64,000 bases of DNA from Patescibacteria group bacterium. Lineage in GTDB: Bacteria; Patescibacteriota; Minisyncoccia; Phycocordibacterales; Phycocordibacteraceae. The notes beneath the pieces were generated by a model. It was given only the letters and a program-made list of their open reading frames with translations. It was not told where the DNA came from and did no database searches. Of this stretch, positions 37,187 to 46,882 are shown piece by piece; the first letter of the stretch is position 1; each line of letters opens with the position of its first letter. The position numbers were made by a program, and so were the translations under genes. The stretch spans positions 16,717 to 80,716 of the forward strand of contig JBBTSZ010000002.1 in the NCBI GenBank assembly GCA_038064495.1, given 5' to 3'.

Positions 37187-37387
37187 ATGCCGAGGCTTTT
37201 TGTGAGCTGGGTGGACCGCTGTCCATCAAAACCTATCGAGTTTGGAAACACTACGCTCGACTATCACGATCCGAGTTCTGATAAAGATATCAAACTACTC
37301 CAGCTCACTATTGGGAATAGGCTGGAGAAGGAAGTAGGAGGGATTCATATTGTTACCATCCTGTGGTTTAAGCTATTGACTGAATAA
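37187..37387 (+). CDS. 66-aa orphan protein
   Basis: Strong SD AGAAAGGAG at 37171-37179, 7 nt before ATG. Confidence 0.55.
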   Translation: MPRLFVSWVDRCPSKPIEFGNTTLDYHDPSSDKDIKLLQLTIGNRLEKEVGGIHIVTILWFKLLTE

Positions 37388-37460
37388 TTCTCCACGATTG
37401 CACCATATACGCGCCGCATCTTCTCGTGCGGCGCGTTATACTTTTAGCAAGCATCTTTCT

Positions 37461-39215
37461 ATGCAAGTTTCAGAGACCGAACTAAAAACTTTTATTCTCG
37501 ATTCCGGGCTTGTTCCACGCAAAGATGTGGAAGCGGCAGACGAGGAAGCCAAGAAACGAAATCAATCCATCGGTGACATTCTGGTGTCATCCGGCGCACT
37601 CACTCCAGACGCACTTCGTCGCATCAAGGCGTACGTGCTCGGTATCCCTTTCGTGAATCTAAAAGATAAGAAGATTGAGCTCGATGTGCTCTCCCTTATC
37701 CCGGAGCCAATCGCACGCACGCACAGCATTGTCGCGTTTCGTAAGGACGGCACGAACCTTGAAGTGGCGATGCTTGATACCCAGGACCTCCAAGCCATCG
37801 ATTCAGTCAGAAAGAAGACCGGACTCAAGATTTTGCCTCGTCTTACGGACGACGACTCTCTCAAACACTCACTCCTTCAGTATCAAAAATCCCTTAAAGA
37901 GGAGTTTGGTGACCTCATTGCGACCGAGGCTGGCAGGATTAACCTAATAAAGGACGCGGACGGAGATGATGTCTCCGGTGAGGACCTAAAGAAAATGGCA
38001 GAAGACCTGCCAATTGTGCGTATTGTAGACACCCTCCTTCGTCACGCCATCATCCAGGATGCTTCCGATATTCATATTGAACCTATAGAGGAGGCAACGC
38101 TCGTGCGGTACCGCATCGACGGCATTCTCCACGACGCGATGACGCTCCCGAAGAATGCAGGTCCCGGCATCACCGCTCGTATTAAGGTGCTTGCAAACTT
38201 AAAGCTCGACGAGAAGCGTCTTCCCCAGGACGGACGTTTCAAGATGGAAACCGAGACCGACAAAGTGTCCTTCCGTGTCTCACTTCTCCCAACCTACTAC
38301 GGAGAAAAAATCGTGATGCGTCTTTTGCGTGAGACCGGCGACGGGTTCTCCCTTGAAGGGCTCGGGTTCCACGGAGAAACTCTTGAGCGCATCCACTCCG
38401 CAACCAAACAAACGACGGGCATCATCCTCATCTCAGGACCAACGGGTTCCGGTAAAACCACGACCTTGTACACGGTGCTCGATATCTTGAATCGTCCGGA
38501 CGTGAACATCTCCACGATTGAAGACCCGATTGAATATCAGATGAAGCGCGTGAACCAAACGCAGGTGAACCCAGCCATCGGCTTCACGTTTGCAAACGGA
38601 CTACGCGCACTCCTTCGCCAGGACCCGAACGTCATCATGGTGGGAGAAATTCGTGATGGTGAGACTGCCTCGCTCGCGATTAATGCAGCACTCACCGGAC
38701 ATGTCGTACTTTCTACTATTCACACCAACTCCGCGAGTGGCGCCATTCCGCGTTTGATGGATATGGGCGTGGAACCCTTCCTCCTCGTGTCCACCCTGAA
38801 GCTGATTGTGGGACAGCGTCTCGTCCGTAGACTCTGTGACGACAAAGAAGCCTATACGCTTGATGATACGGAGCGTGCAAAAGTCGCAGCTGACGAGCAT
38901 TTTGAAGCGGCGTTCGGTGCACTTAAAGAAGAAAAGCTCACCAAGGACGACATGAAGCTCGGAGCACTTCCGTTCTATCATCCCAAACCGTCTGCAGAGT
39001 GTGAGGACGGGTACAAGAGCCGACTCGGTATTCATGAAATCCTTGCCGTTTCTCCAACCATCAAGGATTTAATTCTCCACGGCGCGTCTCCCGACGATAT
39101 TGAAAAGCAGGCACGCAAAGAAGGAATGCTCACGATGCTTGAAGACGGCATCTTCAAAGCCGCACGTGGCGTGACCTCACTTGAAGAAGTGCTTCGCGCC
39201 GTCAACGACGGGTAG
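37461..39215 (+). CDS. pilB: Type IV pilus assembly ATPase PilB/GspE
   Basis: ASDIHIEP, RLPQDGR, GPTGSGKTTT, TIEDPIEY, LRQDP..IMVGEIRD, LTGH.V.ST.HTN. Confidence 0.95.
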   Translation: MQVSETELKTFILDSGLVPRKDVEAADEEAKKRNQSIGDILVSSGALTPDALRRIKAYVLGIPFVNLKDKKIELDVLSLIPEPIARTHSIVAFRKDGTNLEVAMLDTQDLQAIDSVRKKTGLKILPRLTDDDSLKHSLLQYQKSLKEEFGDLIATEAGRINLIKDADGDDVSGEDLKKMAEDLPIVRIVDTLLRHAIIQDASDIHIEPIEEATLVRYRIDGILHDAMTLPKNAGPGITARIKVLANLKLDEKRLPQDGRFKMETETDKVSFRVSLLPTYYGEKIVMRLLRETGDGFSLEGLGFHGETLERIHSATKQTTGIILISGPTGSGKTTTLYTVLDILNRPDVNISTIEDPIEYQMKRVNQTQVNPAIGFTFANGLRALLRQDPNVIMVGEIRDGETASLAINAALTGHVVLSTIHTNSASGAIPRLMDMGVEPFLLVSTLKLIVGQRLVRRLCDDKEAYTLDDTERAKVAADEHFEAAFGALKEEKLTKDDMKLGALPFYHPKPSAECEDGYKSRLGIHEILAVSPTIKDLILHGASPDDIEKQARKEGMLTMLEDGIFKAARGVTSLEEVLRAVNDG

Positions 39216-39336
39216 GAGGACATCCTCACATTCCCAACTGCTTTGTTGTTCGCTCAGGTACTCGTTCACCGTATATGAATACGACTCACTTCATTCCTCA
39301 CTCACGTCTCGCATTTAAAAACGTGAGAACGTCCTC
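39216..39336 (+). repeat. ERIC-like palindromic element copy 3 (directly after pilB stop)
   Basis: 121 bp; GAGGACATCCTCAC...CAACTGCTTTGTT...TCACCGTA..TACGACTC...CGTCTCGCATT...GTGAGAACGTCCTC; core closely similar to copy 2. Confidence 0.8.
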
Positions 39337-39354
39337 ATGCTACGATATTTGTAA

Positions 39355-40572
39355 ATGAAATTCCGAGTCACGCTCAAGAGTGAGAATGGTTCTGAAGAGA
39401 AGCGGGTAATAGAGGCCGCGTCACGTTTCGCAGTATATGGAGAAGTAGAGAAAGAGGGTGCCACAGTGGTCTCTATTGAAGACGGAGAGGGGAGCACGAT
39501 TGATTTTAAGAAACTCACCACCTTTAATATCGGCACCGGAGTGAAGTTTGAAGAGCGTATTGTCTTTACGAAAAACCTTTCAGCCATGCTTTCAGCAGGG
39601 CTTTCACTTTCTCGTGCACTCTCTGTTATTGAGCGTCAAACGCGCAACAAACGCTTGAAGGAGATTGTCGTGAGTCTCTCAGAAGAGGTGAAGAAAGGCT
39701 CTGCGTTCCACGAGGCGCTTGCCATGCATCCAAAGATCTTCACCAAGCTCTTTATTGCGATGACAAAAGCAGGAGATGAGTCCGGCACCGTTGCCGATGC
39801 ACTGAAGATTGTGGCTCGACAGATGGAACGTTCCAACAACCTCAGCAAGAAGATCCGCGGCGCGATGATTTATCCGTGCATTATTCTCTCCGCCATCGTT
39901 ATTATCGGTGTGCTGATGCTTATGTACGTGGTCCCAACGCTCTCCAATACCTTTAAGGAACTCGGTGTTGCACTTCCATTTGCGACACAGGTCATTGTGA
40001 ATGCGTCCGACTTCATGGCCTCGCACGTGATTCTGGTGTTCATTATGCTCGGAGCATTCTTCGGCATCATTCTCCTCTTCACACGCTCAAAGGTTGGCTC
40101 ACGCTTGATACTTGCCGCATCGCTCCACATGCCGGTGATTGGAGACCTCGTGCGCGAAACCATGAGCGCTCGCGCCGCTCGAACCATGTCCTCACTCCTT
40201 ACGTCCGGAGTTGAAATGCTTACGGCTATTTCCATTACGGAAGAAGTGGTTGGAGACAATATCTTCGGAAAGGTAGTCGGAGAAGCTGCCGTACGTGTAA
40301 AAAAGGGTGAGGCACTTTCAGCTGCCTTCATGGCCTATCCAGATCTCTATCCCGTCTTTATCTCAGACATGATTGCCGTGGGTGAAGAAACCGGAAATGT
40401 CTCTAACATGCTTCTGCAGGTGGCTGAATACTACGAAACGGACGTGGAAGACCGCACGAAAGATTTATCCACAATCATTGAACCCATTCTCATGCTCGTC
40501 ATCGGTGTTGCGGTCGGTATTTTTGCGGTTGCGATGATTACGCCGATTTACTCCCTCTCTTCAAAGATCTAA
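39355..40572 (+). CDS. pilC: Type IV pilus platform protein PilC/GspF
   Basis: Two GspF domains (MLSAGL, AGDESG, AMIYP; VGEETG, IIEP). Confidence 0.93.
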   Translation: MKFRVTLKSENGSEEKRVIEAASRFAVYGEVEKEGATVVSIEDGEGSTIDFKKLTTFNIGTGVKFEERIVFTKNLSAMLSAGLSLSRALSVIERQTRNKRLKEIVVSLSEEVKKGSAFHEALAMHPKIFTKLFIAMTKAGDESGTVADALKIVARQMERSNNLSKKIRGAMIYPCIILSAIVIIGVLMLMYVVPTLSNTFKELGVALPFATQVIVNASDFMASHVILVFIMLGAFFGIILLFTRSKVGSRLILAASLHMPVIGDLVRETMSARAARTMSSLLTSGVEMLTAISITEEVVGDNIFGKVVGEAAVRVKKGEALSAAFMAYPDLYPVFISDMIAVGEETGNVSNMLLQVAEYYETDVEDRTKDLSTIIEPILMLVIGVAVGIFAVAMITPIYSLSSKI

Positions 40573-40699
40573 GGAGTGTGTTTAAAAATCCCAACTCCTT
40601 CGTTATCCACTGCTCTCAAAGATTCACCGTACTAAAGAGTAGGACTCGTCTTTTCCTTTGTGGGCGTCTCGGATTTGCGAATTTTTTAGCTCACACTCC
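40573..40699 (+). repeat. ERIC-like palindromic element copy 4 (directly after pilC stop)
   Basis: 127 bp; GGAGTGTG...CAACTCCTTCGTT...TCACCGTAC..GTAGGACTC...CGTCTCGGATTTG...CACACTCC. Confidence 0.75.
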
Positions 40700-40725
40700 A
40701 CGTTTGCGTGCGGTATCATACGTGC

Positions 40726-42450
40726 ATGGTTCCTTCTCGTTCCATTCGCGGTGTCACACTCGTAGATGCGATTGTTGGTTCTGCACTCGTTCTCGTTATT
40801 TTCCTTGCACTTGTGGGCCTCATGCGTGCCTCACTCCTCGTTGCTTCTCTCGCAAAAGTAAAAGCCGGCGCAACTGCCGTTGCAAACACGCAACTGGAGT
40901 ATATTCGCTCACTTCCGTACGACTCAGTCGGAACCGTTGGTGGTATTCCTGCCGGCGAGATTGCTCAGTATTCAACTACTACCCAAAACTCCGTCGCCTA
41001 CGGCCTAAAAACATTCATTGAGTATGTAGACGACCCTGCTGACGGAACTGATGCGGCTGACACAAACACCATCACCACGGACTACAAACAGGTAAAAGTC
41101 ACGGTGAGTTATCTGGTGAAGGGACAACTCCGACAGGTTTCAATGGTCTCAAATTATGCTCCCCCTTCTATCGAAACGGCAACGAACGGAGGAACACTCA
41201 AGGTAATTGTAGTAAACGCAACCGGAGCGCCTGTCGCAGGTGCGCAGGTGCGCGTGGTAAATGCAAGTACGTCACCCACCATTGATGTCACGACGTTCTC
41301 TGACGTGCTTGGAGAAGTCTTGCTCGGGGGTGCCGCGACGTCCACACAGTATCAAGTATATGTCTCTAAAACTGGCTACTCCAGCGCTCAAACATATGCG
41401 CGGGATGGAACGAATCAGAATCCTAACCCGGGATATCTTACGGTAGTAAAGAACGCTACGACCGCGGGAACCTTTGCCATTGACGCGCTAGCCTCCTTTA
41501 CGATGAATACTTATTTCCCAATTGCAGCAACCACCACACTTGACGCATTTAACGATACTTCACTACTCGCGAGTCAGACAAATACGCAGATAAATGCAAG
41601 TGAGCTAACCTTGTTGGATAACGGCGCAACGGGGTACTCCTTAAGTGGTTCAGCTGATTCTGTTGCTATTTCGCCTCCACTTCTTGTGTCTTGGGTCGTT
41701 GCTTCAACCACCACTTCTTCGCCATCTGGGACACAAGCTCGCGTGAGAGTCTATGACGGAAGCGGATACCTCCTCCCCGATGCAGAAGTCCCGGGGAACA
41801 GCTCCGGTTTTGACGGACCGTCTATTGACCTGACACAGGTATCAACGACCTCCTATCCAACGTTGTCACTTCACGCTGACCTTTCCACAAACGCAACAAC
41901 GACAACTCCCACAATTGCTTATTGGAGTATCACAGCTCTTGTAGGACCTACCCCTGCACCGAACGTCCCGTTCACGTTTACGGGAGCAAAAACCATTGGA
42001 ACAACTGGAGCTGGAGCAGCCATTTACAAAACCGTCATCTCATCACTCACTTCTGGTCTGGGCACAATCACACTTTCTCCGGAATGGGATTCCTATCTAC
42101 TTTCCGTTACAGGCTATGACGTAGTGGATGCCTGCTACGCGCCATCGTATGCGCTCTCGCCTGCGAGCGTGACCACAGCTTCTCTGTATATAGATACACA
42201 AACAGCTAACTCAATGCTTGTTGCGGTGCGCGACACCACGGGTGCGTATGTGAGTGGGGCATCAGTCACTCTGTCTCGCACTGGTTACTCAAGTACCGTC
42301 CAAACCTCATCCTGCGGTGCGGCGTACTTTGGAAGTATTACGGCAGATAATGCATACAGCGTACAAATTCAAAAGACAGGCTACACAACTACCACGTACA
42401 CGAACGTAACGGTTGGCGGCCAGACGTTTTATTCAGCTTCTTTCCCGTAA
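40726..42450 (+). CDS. Large minor type IV pilin (PilV-like) with carboxypeptidase-regulatory-like domains
   Basis: Class III signal RG|VTLVD, QLEYIRSLPY, repeated GAxV...YxV...KTGY beta-sandwich motifs. Confidence 0.8.
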   Translation: MVPSRSIRGVTLVDAIVGSALVLVIFLALVGLMRASLLVASLAKVKAGATAVANTQLEYIRSLPYDSVGTVGGIPAGEIAQYSTTTQNSVAYGLKTFIEYVDDPADGTDAADTNTITTDYKQVKVTVSYLVKGQLRQVSMVSNYAPPSIETATNGGTLKVIVVNATGAPVAGAQVRVVNASTSPTIDVTTFSDVLGEVLLGGAATSTQYQVYVSKTGYSSAQTYARDGTNQNPNPGYLTVVKNATTAGTFAIDALASFTMNTYFPIAATTTLDAFNDTSLLASQTNTQINASELTLLDNGATGYSLSGSADSVAISPPLLVSWVVASTTTSSPSGTQARVRVYDGSGYLLPDAEVPGNSSGFDGPSIDLTQVSTTSYPTLSLHADLSTNATTTTPTIAYWSITALVGPTPAPNVPFTFTGAKTIGTTGAGAAIYKTVISSLTSGLGTITLSPEWDSYLLSVTGYDVVDACYAPSYALSPASVTTASLYIDTQTANSMLVAVRDTTGAYVSGASVTLSRTGYSSTVQTSSCGAAYFGSITADNAYSVQIQKTGYTTTTYTNVTVGGQTFYSASFP

Positions 42451-42451
42451 T

Positions 42452-43099
42452 ATGCGTGACTCCACTCCGTCAGAGAACAAATCGCGAGGAATGCTAAAAA
42501 AACAAAAGCATTGTCTACCAGGATTCACTCTAGTTGAAATGATTGTCGTAATTTTTGTTACGGGTATTGTAGGGATTGCACTAAACTCTCTCATTGTAAA
42601 TTTTTATCGCTCAAATGCGTACTTGCTTCAGCAAACTTCAGCAATTGACAGTGCTCATCGCGGACTTGAGACTTCCTTTGTTGATTTGCGTGAGGCATCG
42701 TATGGCGACGATGGTTCGTATCCAATTCTGTCAGCAGCAACCTCCTCAGTCATCTTTTTCAGCGACATTAACGGAGATGGTTCGGTTGAGAAAGTTCGCT
42801 TGTATCTACAAAGTGGTACTTTCTATCGCGGTGTTACTAACTCCACCTCGAGCCCACCGGTCTACACTGGGCAATCTGAAGCAACAACGACCATTGCGAC
42901 GTACGTACGAAACGCCTCCAGCACACCACTCTTCAGGTATTACGGTGTAGATGGTATAGAACTCTCCGCGACAAGTACGGTAGATGTTTCAAAGATTAGT
43001 TCAGTATCAACCTCTGTCATGGTGGACCTCAATCCGCTTCGCGCACCTGATATCCTTACGCTACAAGCAACTGCCACTCTCAGAAACCTTCGACAATAA
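42452..43099 (+). CDS. Minor type IV pilin (PilW/GspJ-like)
   Basis: PG|FTLVEMIV prepilin motif, DLREA, terminal TLRN; start 42452 or 42491. Confidence 0.85.
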   Translation: MRDSTPSENKSRGMLKKQKHCLPGFTLVEMIVVIFVTGIVGIALNSLIVNFYRSNAYLLQQTSAIDSAHRGLETSFVDLREASYGDDGSYPILSAATSSVIFFSDINGDGSVEKVRLYLQSGTFYRGVTNSTSSPPVYTGQSEATTTIATYVRNASSTPLFRYYGVDGIELSATSTVDVSKISSVSTSVMVDLNPLRAPDILTLQATATLRNLRQ

Positions 43100-43101
43100 T
43101 T

Positions 43102-44526
43102 ATGCACACCTCACCCCGCGGATACCTTATGCTTATGGCCATTGTATTCGGCTCCATTTTTCTTGGTGTTGTTGGGGCTCTCAGTAGCTTTGTACTGACG
43201 GAAAATAAACTGCAAAGCAGTAACACTGATAAAAACAAAGGATTTGCAATTGCGGAAGCTGGTATTGAATACTACAAATGGCATCTCGCACACTTTCCAG
43301 CTGACTTACAGAATGGAACAGGGGTACCGGGACCGTACACTATTCCATATTACGACCCAGAAACGGGTGCGCAGACAGGAACAGTTACTCTTACCGTCAC
43401 CGGGAACAGTTTGTGTGGGGGAGTAACTTCCATAGATCTAGAATCAAAAGGACAGTCTGTTGGGAGTACGAAAACGGCTACTATTTTTGCCCGTTATGCC
43501 AGGCCCACTGTTGCCGAATACGCATATGTCTTAAACAATACGGTCTGGGCAGGCGCAGATCGCATTATTAACGGCAAATACCACAGTAATGGAGGAATTC
43601 GCATGGACGGGACCGCAAACGCACCCGTGACCAGTTCACTTTCAAGCTGGTCGTGTACGTCGTCCTACGGTTGTAGTCCAACTGCGACAAAAGACGGTGT
43701 TTGGGGAGCGGGACCAAACCAAAATCTCTGGAGCTTTCCTGTACCACAGATAGACTTCTCAGCAATTGCAGCGAATTTTACGACACTCCAAGCAACGGCA
43801 CAGGCACAGGGTATTTATTATTCACGGTTTAGTTCTGGGAATGGGGGGGTCTCCTTCTACAAGGGCTACCACTTAGTCTTTAATAATGGTGGAACCGTAA
43901 CGGTCTATAAAGTAACAAGCCAAAATATTCTTCAGGCTTGGCCAATTAACAATCCAAGCGCCTCAAGCCAGATTTCTGACTATACGAGCATCAAGAATGA
44001 AACCCTCGTTGGTACGTACACCATCCCTGCTGCTTGCCCACTTATTTATATTGAGGACCATGTGTGGATTGAAGGAGTCGTAAGTCAAAAAGTGACCGTG
44101 GTGGCAGCTGACGCGGTGCACTCTGGTGTCGTGCCCTACGTCGTGATTAAAGGAAATATCACCTATGCAACCAATAACGGAAGCTCAGGACTTACGGTAA
44201 TTTCTCAGGGAGACGTGCTCATCAGTCCAAACTCACCGCAAAATATGAATCTGAACGGCATCTTTATTGCGCAGACCGGGGCGTTTGGTAGGAATCTGTA
44301 CGCCTGTCCAAGTAGTTACGAGCCGAGAGGAACACTCACCATTCAAGGAACAACCGTTTCGTATAAACGAACAGGTACTCGTTGGGTGAACGGCTGTGGT
44401 TCGGGTAGTGATGCAGGGTACCAAAGTCGTATTGACTCCTATGACCGAAAACTAGCGACCGACCCACCTCCGTTTACTCCGTATACCTCAACCGACTTTA
44501 AATTCGTTGACTGGCGCCAAAAGTAA
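43102..44526 (+). CDS. Minor type IV pilin (PilX/GspK-like)
   Basis: RG|YLMLMA without Glu5, AFAIAEAGIEY-like motif, C-terminal YD..L...PPP. Confidence 0.8.
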   Translation: MHTSPRGYLMLMAIVFGSIFLGVVGALSSFVLTENKLQSSNTDKNKGFAIAEAGIEYYKWHLAHFPADLQNGTGVPGPYTIPYYDPETGAQTGTVTLTVTGNSLCGGVTSIDLESKGQSVGSTKTATIFARYARPTVAEYAYVLNNTVWAGADRIINGKYHSNGGIRMDGTANAPVTSSLSSWSCTSSYGCSPTATKDGVWGAGPNQNLWSFPVPQIDFSAIAANFTTLQATAQAQGIYYSRFSSGNGGVSFYKGYHLVFNNGGTVTVYKVTSQNILQAWPINNPSASSQISDYTSIKNETLVGTYTIPAACPLIYIEDHVWIEGVVSQKVTVVAADAVHSGVVPYVVIKGNITYATNNGSSGLTVISQGDVLISPNSPQNMNLNGIFIAQTGAFGRNLYACPSSYEPRGTLTIQGTTVSYKRTGTRWVNGCGSGSDAGYQSRIDSYDRKLATDPPPFTPYTSTDFKFVDWRQK

Positions 44527-44544
44527 GAGTGGTATCATGTGCGC

Positions 44545-45288
44545 ATGCTCATCGTCGCCAACTGGAAGGCCTTTGTAGAGACTAAAGACAAGGCGGGACG
44601 CCTTCTTGTGAGTGCAAAACGCATCAGCGCACAGCACCATCATGACATTGTGCTCGCGCCACCAGCACCCTTTCTCGGTCTCCTTGCGGGCACGAATCGT
44701 TCCAAAGTTGCATTTGCTGCGCAGGATGTTTCAGCTACGCTTGGCGGAGCGGAAACGGGTGAGGTTACGGCTCCCGTTCTCGCCGGATTCAAAGTAAGTC
44801 ATGTCATTATTGGTCACTCGGAGCGTCGTGCACGTGGAGACACTGATGTAACTGTTCTTGAAAAAGTGCGACGAGCACTTGCACACGGCCTCACTCCAAT
44901 CTTGTGCATTGGTGAAAAAACACGTGACGACGACGGGGCGTATCTGCAATTCCTACGGTCACAGCTCTCCGCCATCTACGAACCGCTGACTCTGAAAGAA
45001 CGTCTCAAAATTATTGTTGCCTATGAACCTATTTGGGCTATCAATCATGATGCTGGCGAAGCCATCGGGCACGCTGACTTAACAGAAATGGTGCTCTATA
45101 TCCGAAAGCTTCTAAGCGAGTATCTTCCTGGGAAGGGCTCAACTTCGGCGAAGATTTTGTATGGTGGTTCGGTTGAGACGGGGAATGCACGAGACCTTGC
45201 GGCAAGTTCCGGCATTGATGGGTTTCTTGTCGGCCACGCAAGTACTGATACCACGACGTTCACTGCCTTGTGTAAGGCAGTGTCCTAA
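44545..45288 (+). CDS. tpiA: Triosephosphate isomerase
   Basis: ANWK, GHSERR, AYEPIWAI, LYGGSV. Confidence 0.95.
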   Translation: MLIVANWKAFVETKDKAGRLLVSAKRISAQHHHDIVLAPPAPFLGLLAGTNRSKVAFAAQDVSATLGGAETGEVTAPVLAGFKVSHVIIGHSERRARGDTDVTVLEKVRRALAHGLTPILCIGEKTRDDDGAYLQFLRSQLSAIYEPLTLKERLKIIVAYEPIWAINHDAGEAIGHADLTEMVLYIRKLLSEYLPGKGSTSAKILYGGSVETGNARDLAASSGIDGFLVGHASTDTTTFTALCKAVS

Positions 45289-45293
45289 GCGCT

Positions 45294-46430
45294 ATGCGGA
45301 GCGTCCGCGACATACCTGAATATAAAAATGTACCTATCTTGGTACGTGCAGCACTGAACGTACCGGTCGCGGATGGCGTGGTCGTTGATACGTTCAGACT
45401 TCGTCAGGCACTGCCGACCATAGCGTATTTACAAGAGCGTGGAGCCAAAGTAATTTTACTCGGTCACGTTACCGGCACAGGAGCAGAATCTCTGAAGCCT
45501 ATGTACGAAGTACTGAAGAAAATGCTTCCTGCTGTTGAGTTCTCACCAACCACTATTGGGAAAGAAGTGCGCGCGCTCGTGCGCGCCATGCGACCGGGAG
45601 ATGTCCTCATGCTTGAGAATCTCCGCCGCTTTAAAGGAGAGGAATCAAATGACCTTGATTTTACAGCGTCACTTGCGGAACTTGCTGACGTATTTGTACA
45701 GGACGCCTTTGATGTATGTCATCGAGCACACGCATCCGTGGTAGGCCTTCCGAAGTTGCTTCCGTCGTACCTCGGACTGTTGGTAGAGAAAGAAGTTGAA
45801 GAATTATCAAAAGCGCTTTCTCCTAAACATCCCGCACTCGCGATAATTGCTGGCGCAAAATTCAGTACCAAGGAGCCAGTGCTCCATACACTTCTGTCGT
45901 CCTACGACCAGGTCTTCGTTGGCGGCGCGCTTGCGAATGACTTTCTTGAGGCTAAAGGATTTTTCGTTGCAGATTCACTCGTCTCGGGAGGAAATGAAAC
46001 CGAGATGAAGAAATTGGCAGCACTACCAGAACTTCTGTTGCCAGAAGATGTCTATGTGGCAGAAAAGGAAGCTGCGCGCTCCGAGAGCAAAATTGTGAGT
46101 GTTTCTGACATCTCTGACCACACCGCGATTCTTGATGTGGGACCGAACAGTATTACATCACTCCTTCCGTATATTAAAAAAGCGAAAACCATACTATGGA
46201 ACGGAACGCTCGGGCGGTACGAACATGGCTTTACCGAAGGAACGCGCCTTCTGGCTGAAGCCATTACCGAGAGTAACGCACACAGTATTCTTGGTGGGGG
46301 AGACACGGTAGCAGCACTTGATGCACTAGGGCTCACCAAAAAGTTCTCCTTTGTTTCTACCGGAGGTGGAGCGATGCTGGACTTCCTCGCTGAAGGAACC
46401 CTCCCTGGGCTTGAGGCGCTTACAAACTAA
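45294..46430 (+). CDS. pgk: Phosphoglycerate kinase (divergent N-domain)
   Basis: LENLR, HRAHAS, GAK, GGALAN, WNG..G.YE, GGGDT, VSTGGGA. Confidence 0.92.
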   Translation: MRSVRDIPEYKNVPILVRAALNVPVADGVVVDTFRLRQALPTIAYLQERGAKVILLGHVTGTGAESLKPMYEVLKKMLPAVEFSPTTIGKEVRALVRAMRPGDVLMLENLRRFKGEESNDLDFTASLAELADVFVQDAFDVCHRAHASVVGLPKLLPSYLGLLVEKEVEELSKALSPKHPALAIIAGAKFSTKEPVLHTLLSSYDQVFVGGALANDFLEAKGFFVADSLVSGGNETEMKKLAALPELLLPEDVYVAEKEAARSESKIVSVSDISDHTAILDVGPNSITSLLPYIKKAKTILWNGTLGRYEHGFTEGTRLLAEAITESNAHSILGGGDTVAALDALGLTKKFSFVSTGGGAMLDFLAEGTLPGLEALTN

Positions 46431-46833
46431 GAGCTCTCTTAATCCTTTCAGCAACACGCTCACGTTCTTCAAGACTTACCTCGGACCTCGGTTCAAAGGT
46501 AACTGGATCAGCATCAAAGAAGGGAATAAGGTGCACATGCAAATGGAATACCTTCTGACCCCCGGCAGGTTCATTGTTAATGATGATACGCATGCCTTCT
46601 GCCCCAACTCCTTCTCGTATAGCCGGAGCAATGCGTCGTGACGTCTCCATAGTCGCTCGCAAAGCTTCTGGGTCCGCATCAAAAAAGTTTCGCATGTGTT
46701 TCTTCGGAATCACAAGTGCGTGACCCGTACTATCTGGTGCGTTATTCAAAAAGGCATACGTATTCACGTCTTCAAAGAGTGGAACTGAAGGCACTTCGCG
46801 ACTGATTATTTTGCAGAAGATGCAGTCATCCAT
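46420..46833 (-). CDS. HIT family protein
   Basis: CIFCKI, GH.LVIPK.H, HLHVH triad. Confidence 0.92.
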   Translation of the reverse strand: MDDCIFCKIISREVPSVPLFEDVNTYAFLNNAPDSTGHALVIPKKHMRNFFDADPEALRATMETSRRIAPAIREGVGAEGMRIIINNEPAGGQKVFHLHVHLIPFFDADPVTFEPRSEVSLEERERVAERIKRALSL

Positions 46834-46882
46834 ATAGGCAAAGGATACTCTATTTTCTCATTCTGTTACAATTCTCTCCACC

